Part shown: positions 39,821 to 51,791 of the stretch, piece after piece
Position numbering within the stretch: the first letter of the stretch is position 1
Layout: the number at the start of each line of letters is the position of its first letter
Assembly (NCBI GenBank): GCA_001898965.1
Contig: MKVW01000009.1
Coordinates: 1,776,818 to 1,840,817, forward strand
Origin: Rhizobiales bacterium 62-17
Lineage (GTDB): Bacteria > Pseudomonadota > Alphaproteobacteria > Rhizobiales > Beijerinckiaceae
Length of the DNA stretch: 64,000 nucleotides
Reading direction: 5' to 3'
Notes under the pieces: generated by a model
Told to the model about the DNA's origin: nothing
What the model saw: only the letters and a program-made list of their open reading frames with translations
The model's database searches: none
Position numbers and translations under genes: made by a program

Positions 39821-40650
39821 GGGTCGGCGATCTCACGGAAAGGTCGCAGTCGCCGCAGGACAACCGGGGCAAGCGCCAGAAGACCGAGGCAGACGAGGGC
39901 CGTCACCATTTGCGGGGTCACGAGCTGGTGCAGTTCCACGTGCATGCGACAATCGGTCTGACCGGCGGCGAGGCAGGCGGCGAAGGCCTGCTTCTGCTGC
40001 GCCAGCACCGCGTCGATGCCGTCCCCGGCAAGGCCATAGGTCAAGGTCGCGGGCAGCACCCCCAGAAAGGTGACCCACATGAACGTGAATGGTCTGAGGT
40101 TCGTCAGAGCCATGGCCAAGTTGACGACGAAAAAGGGAAAGGCGGGCGTGAGTCGTAGAAACAACAGGTAAGATACGGCGTTTTCGTGGAAGCCATCGCG
40201 CAGCCGGCGCACCAGCGGCCAGGGGCGGTGGGCATAGCCATAGCCAAAGGAAGAGCGGGCAAACAGAAAAAACACGGTTCCGCCCAGGGTGACGGCGCAG
40301 GCCGAGATCGCGGCGCCGATCAGCCCGCCGAACAGGAAGCCACCGCTCATGGTGAGAATCGGGCCACCGGGAATGCCGACCGCGGCCGTCGCGACAAAAA
40401 CCAGAAAAAACAGGAAGATAGATGTAAAATAGTGGCGACCGACGAAATCGGCGAGCATGTCCCGATGCTCCACCAGCATATCGAGGGACAAAAAACGGCT
40501 GAATCCCGTCGCAAACAGCAAGCCGACGGCGGCGATCGGCAGAAGCAGCGGCAGAAAACGCCTCAGTCGACGGCCAGGGCCGCCTGTCGGATTGAATGTC
40601 GTGTCCTGATCCCTCGCCATCATTTTCCGATAGCGGATCGGGAGCGGCAA
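39817..40650 (-). CDS. TVP38/TMEM64 (DedA-superfamily) membrane protein
   Basis: 277 aa; 5-6 TM helices; DedA-like core (AVGIPGGPILTMSGGFLFG); 4-nt overlap with the downstream flavoprotein gene. Confidence 0.8.
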   Translation of the reverse strand: MPLPIRYRKMMARDQDTTFNPTGGPGRRLRRFLPLLLPIAAVGLLFATGFSRFLSLDMLVEHRDMLADFVGRHYFTSIFLFFLVFVATAAVGIPGGPILTMSGGFLFGGLIGAAISACAVTLGGTVFFLFARSSFGYGYAHRPWPLVRRLRDGFHENAVSYLLFLRLTPAFPFFVVNLAMALTNLRPFTFMWVTFLGVLPATLTYGLAGDGIDAVLAQQKQAFAACLAAGQTDCRMHVELHQLVTPQMVTALVCLGLLALAPVVLRRLRPFREIADP

Positions 40651-40885
40651 ATCACTGGCTGGCGGACAAATTTGCCGTCTGAAAGAGCGCCTTGTGGGCC
40701 TACCGGGCAGTCAATACTGATTGACTCGGCCGGAGGCTTCCACCTATAAGGCCGCACTCGATTTCGGCCGCGCCGACTTCGCGTGCAGGCGTGCGTCGGC
40801 ATGCCGGCCGCCGGCAGCGGCATTCACAACCTTTGAGGGGCTATGGTCAAGGCCATGGTGACCCCGCAGAATTTGGAGTTCGACG

Positions 40886-41020
40886 GTGAAACGGACCTAT
40901 CAACCCAGCAAGATCGTGCGCAAGCGCCGTCACGGCTTCCGCGCTCGCATGGCGACCGTGGGTGGACGCAGGGTTCTTGCCGCTCGCCGCGCGCAGGGCC
41001 GCAAGAAGCTTTCGGCCTGA
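40886..41020 (+). CDS. rpmH: 50S ribosomal protein L34
   Basis: GTG start with GGAG 8 nt upstream; translation [44 protein letters not shown] (44 aa); below the ORF-track length cutoff. Confidence 0.9.
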   Translation: MKRTYQPSKIVRKRRHGFRARMATVGGRRVLAARRAQGRKKLSA

Positions 41021-41063
41021 TCCGGACGCTTCTCGCCTCGCAAGGCAATCAAAGGTAGACACC

Positions 41064-41489
41064 ATGAGCGTTTCCCTCACCGACGGCGCGGGAAACCATG
41101 ATGGATCGCGCCCGGCCGGTTCTCCGATCGGGCGTTTGCGTAAGCGGCCAGAATTTCAGCGGGTTGCCAAAGGGCGCCGCTACCATGTGTCCGGCTTTAC
41201 GGTGCAATGCGCGCCGCGCGACGACACCGAAACCACCGCTCGCTTCGGATTGACGATCACCCGCAAGGTCGGCACGGCCGTCGAGCGTAACCGTATCCGC
41301 CGGCGTTTGCGGTCGGCCCTCGTGACCAGCAGCGACATTCCGTCAAAGCCAGGACATGATTATGTGCTGGTTGCGCGCCGCGAGGCACTGTATCTGCCTT
41401 TCCCGGAATTGATCCGCGACCTGCAGACAGCCATATCCGCGGTTGGCAGTAAGTCGCGGCGCAAAACGCCGGATAGAAAACCGGACTAG
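41064..41489 (+). CDS. rnpA: ribonuclease P protein component
   Basis: 141 aa from MSVSLTDG...; RNase P motif RLGLTITRKVGTAVERNRIRRRLR; directly downstream of rpmH. Confidence 0.85.
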   Translation: MSVSLTDGAGNHDGSRPAGSPIGRLRKRPEFQRVAKGRRYHVSGFTVQCAPRDDTETTARFGLTITRKVGTAVERNRIRRRLRSALVTSSDIPSKPGHDYVLVARREALYLPFPELIRDLQTAISAVGSKSRRKTPDRKPD

Positions 41490-41569
41490 CTCAACCCGTT
41501 CGCAAACCCATTGGAATGCGAACACAGGCCGGCCAAGAAGCAGCTTGGTGAAGGATCAGCAGGCGAAGA

Positions 41570-43408
41570 ATGCGCGAAGACCAGAAAAATCTCCTGTTGG
41601 CCATGGCCTTGTCGCTCGTGGTTATCCTCGGCTGGAATTATTACTTCGCCAAGCCGCAGCTCGACGCGACGCGCCAAACCAATCAGCAGGTGCAAAACAA
41701 CAGCGGCGCCGCGCAGCCGCCGAGCGCCCAGCCCGCGCCGCAGCAACAGCAGGGCGCAGCGCCCGTGCCGGGAGCCAGCACCGCGCCGAATGCGCCGCAG
41801 GCTCCCGCCGTCGCCGTCACGCTTGATCGCAATGCCGCGCTTGCCGCTTCGCCGCGCGTCAAGATCGACACGCCGAGCCTGTCGGGCTCGATCGCTCTGC
41901 GTGGCGCGCGCATCGATGACATTCATCTGAAGAAGTATCACGAGACGACAGACCCGAAGAGCCCGACCATCGAACTGCTCTCGCCGTCGGGTTCGGCTCA
42001 TCCCTATTATGCCGAGACTGGCTTCGTCGCGGCCGCCAACAGCAATGTCGCGCTGCCCAAGCCCGACACCTTGTGGACCGCAGACGGCGATGTGCTGACG
42101 CCCTCCAAGCCTTTGACGCTGACCTTCGACAACGGCCAGGGCCTGGTGTTCCGCCGCGTGCTCAGTGTCGACGACAATTTCATGTTCACCATCAAGGATT
42201 CGGTGGAGAACAAGTCGGCCGCGCCGGTGACGGTCTATCCCTATGGCCTGCTGACCCGCGTCGGTAAGCCGAAGACCGATGGCTATGCGGTGCTGCACGA
42301 AGGCTTCGTCGGCGTCGTCGGCGATTCCCGCGTGCAGGAATACACTTACGATTCGATCGAGAAGGAACCGAAGGCCACCAAGCTCCTGAAGGGCACTGGC
42401 GGCTGGCTCGGCATGACCGACAAATATTGGGCGGCCGCCGTCATTCCCGATCAGAACCTGGCCATCGAAGGTCGCTTCTCTTCGACGGGCACCACCAACA
42501 AGATCTATCAGTCCGACTATCTGGGCGCGGAAAAGGTCGTCGCACCCGGCACAACCGCCGAAGCCGACCATCGCTTCTTCGCCGGCGCCAAGGAAACCCA
42601 GGTTATCGATGGCTACCAGACGAGCCTCGGTATCAAGAATTTCGACCTGATGATCGACTGGGGCTGGTTCTATTTCATTACCAAGCCGCTGTTCTGGCTG
42701 ATCGACTTCATCTATCGCTACGTCGGCAACTTCGGCGTCGCCATTCTCATCACCACGGTTCTCATCAAGCTGCTGTTCTTCCCGCTCGCCAACCGCTCCT
42801 ATGAGTCGATGGCGAAGATGAAGGCGGTGCAGCCGCAGATGAAGGAGCTCCAGGAGCGCTTCGCCAACGACAAGCAGAAGCAGCAACAGGAGCTGATGGA
42901 GCTTTACAAGCGCGAGAAGATCAATCCGGTTGCGGGCTGTTTGCCTGTTATCATCCAGATCCCGGTGTTCTTCGCGCTCTATAAGGTCATCTTCATCACC
43001 ATCGAAATGCGGCATGCGCCGTTCTTCGGCTGGATCAAGGATCTGTCGGCGCCCGATCCGACCAATCTGTTCAATCTGTTCGGCTTGCTTCCCTTCGATC
43101 CGACGCAGCTTCCCGGCATCGGCCACTTCCTGTGGATCGGCATCTGGCCGCTCATTATGGGCGTCAGCATGTTCGTCCAGATGAAGATGAATCCGGAGCC
43201 TACCGATCCGATCCAGAAGCAGATGTTTGCCTGGATGCCGGTGATCTTCACCTTCATGCTCGGCTCGTTCCCGGCCGGCTTGGTGATCTATTGGACCTGG
43301 AACAACGCGCTGTCCGTTGCCCAGCAGTATTTCATCATGAAGAAGCAGGGCGTGAAGATCGAGCTATGGGACAATCTTTTCGGCCTCTTTGGTAAGAAAG
43401 CGAGCTGA
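41570..43408 (+). CDS. yidC: membrane protein insertase YidC
   Basis: 612 aa; N-terminal TM, large periplasmic domain, C-terminal 5-TM 60-kDa IMP core ([39 protein letters not shown]). Confidence 0.95.
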   Translation: MREDQKNLLLAMALSLVVILGWNYYFAKPQLDATRQTNQQVQNNSGAAQPPSAQPAPQQQQGAAPVPGASTAPNAPQAPAVAVTLDRNAALAASPRVKIDTPSLSGSIALRGARIDDIHLKKYHETTDPKSPTIELLSPSGSAHPYYAETGFVAAANSNVALPKPDTLWTADGDVLTPSKPLTLTFDNGQGLVFRRVLSVDDNFMFTIKDSVENKSAAPVTVYPYGLLTRVGKPKTDGYAVLHEGFVGVVGDSRVQEYTYDSIEKEPKATKLLKGTGGWLGMTDKYWAAAVIPDQNLAIEGRFSSTGTTNKIYQSDYLGAEKVVAPGTTAEADHRFFAGAKETQVIDGYQTSLGIKNFDLMIDWGWFYFITKPLFWLIDFIYRYVGNFGVAILITTVLIKLLFFPLANRSYESMAKMKAVQPQMKELQERFANDKQKQQQELMELYKREKINPVAGCLPVIIQIPVFFALYKVIFITIEMRHAPFFGWIKDLSAPDPTNLFNLFGLLPFDPTQLPGIGHFLWIGIWPLIMGVSMFVQMKMNPEPTDPIQKQMFAWMPVIFTFMLGSFPAGLVIYWTWNNALSVAQQYFIMKKQGVKIELWDNLFGLFGKKAS

Positions 43409-43434
43409 CGCGCTGCCGCGACGTCAGAGAAGCA

Positions 43435-44100
43435 ATGATCGAGAGTGAACGCGACGAGGAGTTCGTAGAAAAGGGCCGCAAGCTGTTTGCCGGCCCTTGC
43501 GAATTCTTCTTCGCCTCCGTTTCCGTCGACGATCTGCCGCCCATGGGCGCACCGGAGATCGCCTTCGCCGGCCGCTCCAATGTCGGCAAGTCCTCGCTGC
43601 TCAATGCGTTGACCAACCGCAAGACCTTGGCGCGCACGTCGAACACGCCGGGGCGCACCCAGCAGCTCAATTTCTTCGCGCTCGGCGGTGAGCCGGGCTC
43701 TGAGACGCTGCGCCTCGTCGATATGCCCGGATATGGCTATGCCGCCGTGTCGAAGCAGAAGATCGACGGCTGGACCAAACTGATGCACGGCTATCTGCGG
43801 GGACGTGCGCCCCTGATCCGGGTTTTCGTTCTGGTCGACGGCCGTCACGGGCTGAAAGACACCGACGATGCGATGCTGAAATTGCTCGACACGTCGGCGG
43901 TCTCCTATCAGATCGTGCTGACCAAGCGCGATGAAGTGAAGAAGTCCGAGATCGAAGGGCGGATCGAGGCGACGCGTCAGGCCTTGAAGCGTCATCCCGC
44001 CGCCCATCCGGAGGTTGTCTTCACCTCGTCGCAAACCGGCGATGGAATTCCTGACCTGCGCGCCGGCATCGCCCGTCTGCTCGCGGAGCGTGGCGCCTGA
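43435..44100 (+). CDS. engB: ribosome biogenesis GTP-binding protein YihA/EngB
   Basis: 221 aa; G1 GRSNVGKSS, G3 DMPGYGY, G4 TKRD. Confidence 0.9.
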   Translation: MIESERDEEFVEKGRKLFAGPCEFFFASVSVDDLPPMGAPEIAFAGRSNVGKSSLLNALTNRKTLARTSNTPGRTQQLNFFALGGEPGSETLRLVDMPGYGYAAVSKQKIDGWTKLMHGYLRGRAPLIRVFVLVDGRHGLKDTDDAMLKLLDTSAVSYQIVLTKRDEVKKSEIEGRIEATRQALKRHPAAHPEVVFTSSQTGDGIPDLRAGIARLLAERGA

Positions 44101-44183
44101 GCGCACGGCGACGAAAAAGCCGGTGGTCTTCGTGCCTGTGAATCGCTAGAACAGCGCTTAAGATAGAGCCGGAATGACCGTCG

Positions 44184-45074
44184 ATGACCGATAAAGCCAG
44201 CCCGCAAGAACAAGCCGAAATCCTGATGCAGGCGCTGCCGCATATGCTGCGCTATGACGATGCGATCGTCGTGGTGAAATACGGCGGCCATGCCATGGGT
44301 GACGAGAAGGTGGCGCGCGAATTCGCCCGCGACATGGTGCTGTTGGAGCAGTCGGGCGTTAACCCTGTGGTGGTGCACGGCGGCGGCCCGCAGATCGGCG
44401 CCATGCTGTCGAAGCTCGGCATCAAGTCGGAATTCGCCGCCGGCTTGCGCATCACCGACAAGGCCACCGTCGAGATCGTCGAGATGGTGCTGGCCGGTTC
44501 GATCAACAAGCAGATCGTCGGCTTCATCAACAGCGAGGGCGGTCGCGCCATCGGCCTGTGCGGCAAGGACGGCAATATGGTCCTCGCCGAGAAGATGACG
44601 CGCACGGTGGTCGATCCCGATTCCAACATCGAGAAGATCGTCGATCTTGGTTTTGTCGGCGAACCAAAGAAGGTCGATACCACCGTTCTCGATCAGGTGC
44701 TCGGCCGCGAACTGATTCCCGTCCTCGCGCCCGTGGCGCAGGGTGCCGATGGTGAGACCTATAACGTCAACGCCGACACGTTCGCCGGCGCCATTGCCGG
44801 TGCATTGAAGGCCAAGCGTCTTCTGTTCCTGACCGACGTGCCGGGCGTACTCGACAAGAACAAGCAGCTCATCAAGGAGCTGACGGTGGCGCAGATCCAC
44901 GATCTCATCGCTGACGGTACGATCACCGGCGGCATGATCCCGAAAGTGGAAACCTGCATTTATGCCATTGAAATGGGCGTCGAAGGCGTCGTCATTCTCG
45001 ACGGCAAGACGCCGCATGCGGTGCTGGTCGAACTGTTGACCGATCACGGCGCCGGCACGCTGATCAAGCGCTGA
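44184..45074 (+). CDS. argB: acetylglutamate kinase
   Basis: 296 aa; amino-acid-kinase family ([10 protein letters not shown]... [10 protein letters not shown]). Confidence 0.95.
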   Translation: MTDKASPQEQAEILMQALPHMLRYDDAIVVVKYGGHAMGDEKVAREFARDMVLLEQSGVNPVVVHGGGPQIGAMLSKLGIKSEFAAGLRITDKATVEIVEMVLAGSINKQIVGFINSEGGRAIGLCGKDGNMVLAEKMTRTVVDPDSNIEKIVDLGFVGEPKKVDTTVLDQVLGRELIPVLAPVAQGADGETYNVNADTFAGAIAGALKAKRLLFLTDVPGVLDKNKQLIKELTVAQIHDLIADGTITGGMIPKVETCIYAIEMGVEGVVILDGKTPHAVLVELLTDHGAGTLIKR

Positions 45075-45811
45075 TGGTGGCGGCGGAAGGCCTGTCCGAG
45101 CGTTTCACCCATGTCGATACATGGGTGTTCGACCTCGACAACACGCTTTATCCGCCCCACTGCGATCTGTGGCCGCGCATCGACGATCGCATGACGGTCT
45201 TCATGGCCGGCATGCTTGGCCTCGATGGCATGTCGACGCGCGCGTTGCAGAAATTCTATTACCGCCAGCATGGCACCACTTTGCGTGGGCTGATCGACGA
45301 ATACGGCATCGATCCGGCGGAGTTCCTGCGCTTCGTCCATGACATCGACCGCACTTCGGTCGAGCCCGACGTGGCGCTCGCCGCCGGCATCGCGGCGCTG
45401 CCCGGCCGCAAGCTGATCTTCACCAATGGCTCGCGCGACCATGCGCTGCGCACCTGCGAGCGGCTCGGCATCGGCGATCATTTCGACGACGTATTCGATA
45501 TCGTCGCCGCCGATCTGGTGCCCAAGCCCGATCCGCGCGCCTATGACCGCTTTTTCGACCGCCACGGCATCGCGCCGGAGCGCACCGCCATGTTCGAGGA
45601 CATCGCCCGCAACCTCATCGTGCCCAAGGCGCGGCAGATGATGACGGTTCTGGTGGTGCCGAAGCCCGGCGCGCACGATTTCCGCGACGGCTGGGACGTG
45701 GAGCGGGAACGCCCCGACCATGTGGATTTCCTCACCCATGATCTCAGCGGCTTCCTGACCGACATAATCGGGGCGCCGGCGCTGTCCACGGGCCTGCCCG
45801 ACCGGCCTTGA
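45074..45811 (+). CDS. HAD-superfamily pyrimidine 5'-nucleotidase
   Basis: 245 aa; HAD motif I FDLDNTLY; motif IV DD region. Confidence 0.8.
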   Translation: MVAAEGLSERFTHVDTWVFDLDNTLYPPHCDLWPRIDDRMTVFMAGMLGLDGMSTRALQKFYYRQHGTTLRGLIDEYGIDPAEFLRFVHDIDRTSVEPDVALAAGIAALPGRKLIFTNGSRDHALRTCERLGIGDHFDDVFDIVAADLVPKPDPRAYDRFFDRHGIAPERTAMFEDIARNLIVPKARQMMTVLVVPKPGAHDFRDGWDVERERPDHVDFLTHDLSGFLTDIIGAPALSTGLPDRP

Positions 45812-45870
45812 CATCGCTGGGGGGAGCGTCGAAACCTCCGGCCAATTCTCTTATCGTACCGGGAGCCGTC

Positions 45871-46727
<857 letters not shown>

Positions 46728-46728
<1 letters not shown>

Positions 46729-47207
46729 TGGCTTCCGTTCTGTCGGCGCAAGGATTCAGATTCCTGTTCCGCACTGATCAAGGGCGGATCGGCCGGCAGG
46801 TGTGGTGGCTCGGCACGATCCTGCTCGTTAGCATTGTCATCGTTCTGGCTTTGGGGTGGCTTGCTCTGTCGCCCTATGCCCATCGCACGCTCGATGAGCG
46901 CAAGCTCATCGATGCGATGACAATCGTTAGCTACACCTATCTGATGATCTATGCCTTCGCGGTGCTGCTGATCGCCGTGTGCTACGTCAACCTCTCGGCG
47001 AAGCGCCTGCGCGATGGCGGCATTCTGCCGGGCTTGGCGGGCGCGGCACCGCTGGCGATCTTTCTGGCGCTCGCGGCGCATTGGTTGCAGCCGCGCGTCG
47101 CCGAAGTGTTTCCCTATGCTTTGCTGGTCGTTATCGATCTGTTGGCGCTTGGGGTCATTCTCTGGCAGGTCTATCTGCTCGGCATTCGAGCGAGTGAGGC
47201 GCCGTGA
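46728..47207 (+). CDS. DUF805-family inner membrane protein
   Basis: 159 aa; start overlaps the dapD stop (ATGA); 3-4 TM helices. Confidence 0.65.
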
Positions 47208-47668
47208 ACTGGAAGGCGATCTTCTTCAGTCTTGAAGGTCGCATTCCGCGGATGTCGTTCTGGCTTGGCATGCTGGCGCTGCTGGCCGTCACCTTGTTGA
47301 TCCTGGTTCCGGCCGGCTTCTTCAAATGGGACCCGGCCATCGATCCCGCGCCTTTGTACTATCGGCTGCTCGAATTCATCGTCACCCTCATGCTCGCTTA
47401 TCCGAGCTATGCGATCATGCTGAAACGGCTTTATGATCGCAACCACCCGGGCACGGCGGCTTTCGCCTTCGTCGTGCTCGAAATCGTCGCCGAAGGCGTC
47501 AATGTGGTGTCGCCGATCGAAACCGAAAGCGGTCTGACGCCGCTTGGATGGATTCTCATGATCCCGCTGATCATTCTCCTCTTCGCGCTCTTGATCGAAC
47601 TTGGTCTGCGGCGCGGCACGCGCGGGCCGAACCGCTTCGGCCCCGATCCCTTGGTGACCCGTTCATGA
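47204..47668 (+). CDS. DUF805-family inner membrane protein (tandem paralogue)
   Basis: 154 aa; GTGA start/stop overlap with the upstream paralogue; N-terminal [13 protein letters not shown] motif. Confidence 0.65.
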   Translation: MNWKAIFFSLEGRIPRMSFWLGMLALLAVTLLILVPAGFFKWDPAIDPAPLYYRLLEFIVTLMLAYPSYAIMLKRLYDRNHPGTAAFAFVVLEIVAEGVNVVSPIETESGLTPLGWILMIPLIILLFALLIELGLRRGTRGPNRFGPDPLVTRS

Positions 47669-48816
47669 CCGTTTCCGCCGTCACTCTGCTGCGCGATCTG
47701 ATCCGCTGTCCGTCGGTAACGCCGGAAGACGCCGGTGCGCTGGGCCTCATCGAACGCGCTTTGAAGGGCGCAGGCTTTGAAACCCATCGTGTCGTCTTCA
47801 GTGAGCCAGGCTATCCCGACACCGATAATCTCTATGCCCGTATCGGCAGCGGGGCGCCGTCCTTGATGTTCGCCGGCCATACCGACGTGGTGCCGACGGG
47901 CGATGCCGCCAAGTGGCGCTTCGATCCCTTCTCGGCCGAAGTGGCCGATGGCATGATCTGGGGCAGGGGCGCAGTCGACATGAAGGGCGGCATCGCCGCT
48001 TCTATCGCCGCGACGCTCAATCATATCGCGGCTCACGGTACGCCGAAGGGGTCGATCGCCTTTCTTATCACCGGCGATGAGGAAGGGCCGGCCGTCAATG
48101 GCACGGTGAAACTGCTGCAATGGGCGCATGAGCGCGGCGAGCGCTTCGACCATTGCATTCTGGGCGAGCCGACCAATCCCGATGCTTTGGGCGACATGAT
48201 CAAGATCGGCCGTCGCGGGTCGCTATCCGGCACCTTGGTGATTCATGGTCGCCAGGGCCACGTCGGCTATCCGCATCTGGCCGACAATCCCGTGCATCAC
48301 ATGCTGCGCATCGCCGCCGCGCTGCGGGCCGCGCCGCTCGACAAGGGCACGCCGCATTTCGATGCCTCCAATCTGGAAATCACCTCGATCGATACCGGCA
48401 ATCCGGCGGTCAATGTGATTCCCGATGAAGCGCGCGCCGCCTTCAACATCCGTTTCAACGATCTCTGGCAGCCCGATACTTTGGCCGCCGAAGTCCGCCG
48501 CCGTGTCGAGGCCGCCGCGCAAGGCGCGCGTGTCACCCTCGATTTCAAGCCGACCAATGCGCTGGCCTTCGTCACGCAGCCCGGGCCGTTCGTCGAAGCG
48601 GTGTCGAAGGCGATTGAGGAAGAGACGGGCCGGCGGCCGGTTCTGTCGACCACCGGCGGCACGTCGGACGCGCGTTTCATCTGCAATTATGCGCAGGTGG
48701 TTGAGTTCGGCCTTGTCGGTCAGACCATGCATGCTATCGACGAGCGCACGTCGGTGGCCGATGTCGAGAAGCTTCAGATGATTTACGCGCGTGTGCTGGC
48801 GAGTTATTTCGCCTGA
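47665..48816 (+). CDS. dapE: succinyl-diaminopimelate desuccinylase
   Basis: 383 aa from MTVSAVTLL (ATGA overlap with the upstream stop); M20 peptidase motifs ([28 protein letters not shown]). Confidence 0.9.
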   Translation: MTVSAVTLLRDLIRCPSVTPEDAGALGLIERALKGAGFETHRVVFSEPGYPDTDNLYARIGSGAPSLMFAGHTDVVPTGDAAKWRFDPFSAEVADGMIWGRGAVDMKGGIAASIAATLNHIAAHGTPKGSIAFLITGDEEGPAVNGTVKLLQWAHERGERFDHCILGEPTNPDALGDMIKIGRRGSLSGTLVIHGRQGHVGYPHLADNPVHHMLRIAAALRAAPLDKGTPHFDASNLEITSIDTGNPAVNVIPDEARAAFNIRFNDLWQPDTLAAEVRRRVEAAAQGARVTLDFKPTNALAFVTQPGPFVEAVSKAIEEETGRRPVLSTTGGTSDARFICNYAQVVEFGLVGQTMHAIDERTSVADVEKLQMIYARVLASYFA

Positions 48817-49554
48817 TCAATAATCCACGCGCAGCAGATACAGTCCATTCGGCGGCGCGACCATGCCGCAGCGGGCGCGATCCTTGGACTCCAGCGCGTC
48901 CTTCAAATCCTGCTTGGTCCATTTGCCCGAGCCGACATGTTCGAGCGAGCCAGTGATCGAGCGCACTTGATGGTGCAGGAACGAGCGCGCCGAAGCGAAA
49001 ATTTCGATCATGTCGCCGTTGCGCACGACATCGAGCTTGTCGAGCGTGCGCAGCGGTGAATTGGCCTGGCATTCGGCCGCGCGAAACGTACTGAAATCGT
49101 GCTTGCCGATCAGCACCTGCGCCGCCTCATGCATGGCTTCGGCGTCCACGCGCCGCATTACATGCCACACGCCATCGCGCATCACGGTTGGCGGCGCGCG
49201 GCGGTTCAAGATGCGATAGACATAGTGACGTGCCGTGGCGGAAAAGCGCGCTTCGAACGTATCGTCCACGGCCTCCGCTTGCAGCACGGCGACCGGCTGC
49301 GGCTTCAGATGTGCGTTCATCGCATCGCGGATCTTGTCGGTGCGCCACTCACGCGACAGATCGATATGCGCCACCTGCGCGATGGCGTGAACGCCGGCAT
49401 CGGTGCGTCCGGCGCCATGCACGACGACGGTTTCGCTACTCATGGCGAAGACTGCTTCTTCCAGCGCCTGCTGCACGGAAGGCGCATTGGCTTGTCGCTG
49501 CCAGCCTGCGAACGGCGTGCCGTCATATTCGATGGTGAGCTTGTAGCGCGGCAT
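48817..49554 (-). CDS. truA: tRNA pseudouridine(38-40) synthase
   Basis: 245 aa; [21 protein letters not shown], catalytic [11 protein letters not shown]. Confidence 0.9.
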   Translation of the reverse strand: MPRYKLTIEYDGTPFAGWQRQANAPSVQQALEEAVFAMSSETVVVHGAGRTDAGVHAIAQVAHIDLSREWRTDKIRDAMNAHLKPQPVAVLQAEAVDDTFEARFSATARHYVYRILNRRAPPTVMRDGVWHVMRRVDAEAMHEAAQVLIGKHDFSTFRAAECQANSPLRTLDKLDVVRNGDMIEIFASARSFLHHQVRSITGSLEHVGSGKWTKQDLKDALESKDRARCGMVAPPNGLYLLRVDY

Positions 49555-50483
49555 CAGGTGAGCCGCGTGCCGGATGGCAGAGCCGAGCCGCGCAGGAAGT
49601 CCACGGCGCTCATCGGTGATTTGCCGGCGCGCTGCACTTCAATCAGACGCACGGCACCGTCGCCACAGGCGATCGTCAGATCATCGCCGACAATGGTGCC
49701 GGCCTCGCCTTTTCCGTTCGCCAATGCGCTGCGCAGCACTTTCACCCGCTCCGGCCCCTTGCCGAAATCGGCTTCGAAAAAGGCGCCGGGGAAAGGCGAG
49801 AGACCGCGGATATGATTGTGAACGGCCTGCGCGGGCTTGGCCCAATCGATGCGGCATTCAGCCTTCTCGATCTTGTTGGCGTACACTGTGCCGCTGTCGG
49901 CCTGCGGATGAAACTGCAATGAGCCGCGCGACAAGGCCGCTAGCGCGCGCACCATCAGATCGGCGCCGACGCCCATCAGCGCATCGTGCAATTCGCCAGC
50001 CGTGGTGTTTTCGCCGATGGCGACGCGCTCCACCATGGCTACGGGGCCGGTGTCGAGCCCTTCGTCCATGCGCATCACCATGACGCCGGTCTCGCTGTCG
50101 CCGGCCATGATGGCGCGCTGGATGGGGGCCGCGCCACGCCAGCGCGGCAGCAGAGAGGCATGCAGATTGAGGCAGCCTTCAACAGGGGCTTCCAGGATTG
50201 GCGCCGGCAGGATGAGACCGTAAGCGACGACGACGGCGACATCGGCATCGAAGGCGGCAAAGGCTTGTGCCTCGGCCTCGTTGCGCAGCGACTTCGGCGT
50301 CAGCACCGGAATGCCGAAGCGATCGGCCGTCTCATGAACCGGCGAGCGCGTCAGCTCCAGGCCGCGCCGGCCGGCGGGCTTGGGCGCGCGCGTATAGCAG
50401 GCGACGACTTCATGGCCCTGGCCGATGATTTCGGTGAGAACCGGCACCGAGAAATCGGGCGTTCCCATGAAGACGACACGCAT
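49554..50483 (-). CDS. fmt: methionyl-tRNA formyltransferase
   Basis: 309 aa; [16 protein letters not shown]..., formyltransferase N and C domains; start overlaps the truA stop. Confidence 0.9.
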   Translation of the reverse strand: MRVVFMGTPDFSVPVLTEIIGQGHEVVACYTRAPKPAGRRGLELTRSPVHETADRFGIPVLTPKSLRNEAEAQAFAAFDADVAVVVAYGLILPAPILEAPVEGCLNLHASLLPRWRGAAPIQRAIMAGDSETGVMVMRMDEGLDTGPVAMVERVAIGENTTAGELHDALMGVGADLMVRALAALSRGSLQFHPQADSGTVYANKIEKAECRIDWAKPAQAVHNHIRGLSPFPGAFFEADFGKGPERVKVLRSALANGKGEAGTIVGDDLTIACGDGAVRLIEVQRAGKSPMSAVDFLRGSALPSGTRLT

Positions 50484-50518
50484 GCGCTCAACCTGAATGC
50501 CGGCAAGCCGGATGGGGT

Positions 50519-51070
50519 TTATTCGGTGCCGGTCTCGTCGAGACGGCGCTTGGCATCCTTGGCGAATTTCTTCACCACCCGATCGCGCTTCAGCCGCGAG
50601 ATATGGTCGATGAACAGCACGCCGTTGAGATGGTCGATTTCGTGCTGCAGGCAGGTGGCGAGCAGGCCGTCGGCATCAAGCTCTTGTTTGATGCCCATCC
50701 GGTCGAGATAGCGCACCCGCACTCGCGCCGGCCGTTCCACCTCGGCATAGAATTCCGGGATCGACAGACAGCCTTCCTCGTAGATCGAGGTTTCCTCGGA
50801 GGCGAGGACGATTTCCGGATTGATCAGGAAGATCGGGTTCTTTTTCTCCGGGTTTTCCTCGTCCTCTTCCTCGCGCTTGGCCACGTCGACGACGATGACA
50901 CGCTTCGGAACGGCAACCTGGATCGCGGCCAGGCCGATGCCGGGCGCGTCGTACATGGTCTCCAGCATGTCGTCGAGCAGGGTGCGCACGCCATCGTCCA
51001 CGGCCGTCACGGGGGCGGAAACCGCGCGCAACCGCGTATCGGGCAGAATGATGATGGGCTTCAGCGACAT
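50519..51070 (-). CDS. def: peptide deformylase
   Basis: 183 aa from [11 protein letters not shown]; motifs [23 protein letters not shown]. Confidence 0.9.
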   Translation of the reverse strand: MSLKPIIILPDTRLRAVSAPVTAVDDGVRTLLDDMLETMYDAPGIGLAAIQVAVPKRVIVVDVAKREEEDEENPEKKNPIFLINPEIVLASEETSIYEEGCLSIPEFYAEVERPARVRVRYLDRMGIKQELDADGLLATCLQHEIDHLNGVLFIDHISRLKRDRVVKKFAKDAKRRLDETGTE

Positions 51071-51164
51071 GGAAACAGGCACCATTTGAATATGAAAACG
51101 CCCGCCTGAGATATGCATCCCGGCGGGCGAGGTCAATTTTAAGGCGTCAGAGGCTGTGAAATTC

Positions 51165-51605
51165 TCAGGCCGGCTGACGGGTCAGATCGAAAGTGCGCAC
51201 GCGCGGCGCGAGCTGGATGCGCGGGCGGGTCCGCTCGACGACCACGGCGCCCGTGGGGCGGCTGCGCGGCTCAAGCTTGATGGCGGGGCGGGCGGTGCCG
51301 GTCGGGATGACGGTGCGGGTACGGGCCCGCTCGACCACCACGGCGCGTTCGGCGCCATTGCGGCTGGCGACCACGCGGGTCTCCTTCGAGGCGGCTTCAG
51401 CCGCGGCCTTGGCCACGAGGGGGCGCACGTCATCGACGGAAACGTCCATGAAGCCGGCAGCGATTTCGGCCTGATGGTCGAGGTCGTCGCTGAGGCCCTG
51501 GGCAGCCAGGATGGCCTCTTCGATGGTCGGCAGGCACTTCTTGATCCGGATCGGCGGCAGCGTCTTCGGATCGACGATTTTCTTCTTCGCAGGGGCGCGC
51601 TTCAT
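51165..51605 (-). CDS. hypothetical small basic protein with internal tandem repeat
   Basis: About 146 aa from MKRAPAKKK (GAGG RBS); lysine-rich N-terminus; duplicated segment [20 protein letters not shown] / [20 protein letters not shown] encoded by a ~25-nt imperfect direct repeat. Confidence 0.5.
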   Translation of the reverse strand: MKRAPAKKKIVDPKTLPPIRIKKCLPTIEEAILAAQGLSDDLDHQAEIAAGFMDVSVDDVRPLVAKAAAEAASKETRVVASRNGAERAVVVERARTRTVIPTGTARPAIKLEPRSRPTGAVVVERTRPRIQLAPRVRTFDLTRQPA

Positions 51606-51791
51606 GGGGGCAGCCTCATTCTGGTTCATATCTATACGACTCAGTATACAGGGAATGTGCAGCGCAGCAAGATGTTTTTGTGCAACGCACACTATTCCAA
51701 TTCAAGGGGCAAAATGCCGGGTTTCGTGGGCAATCGCCCTGTTGTTCTTATTCTGTTCGGAACCGGGGACGAATCGCGGTATGGATATAGG

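Noticed and set aside
51156-51791. N-terminal 212-aa extension of the rmuC ORF (51156..)
   Set aside because: It overlaps the minus-strand small gene and the promoter region. The RmuC family start MTHPLFLLFG at 51792 is preceded by an AT-rich region, and the upstream part has no RmuC homology.
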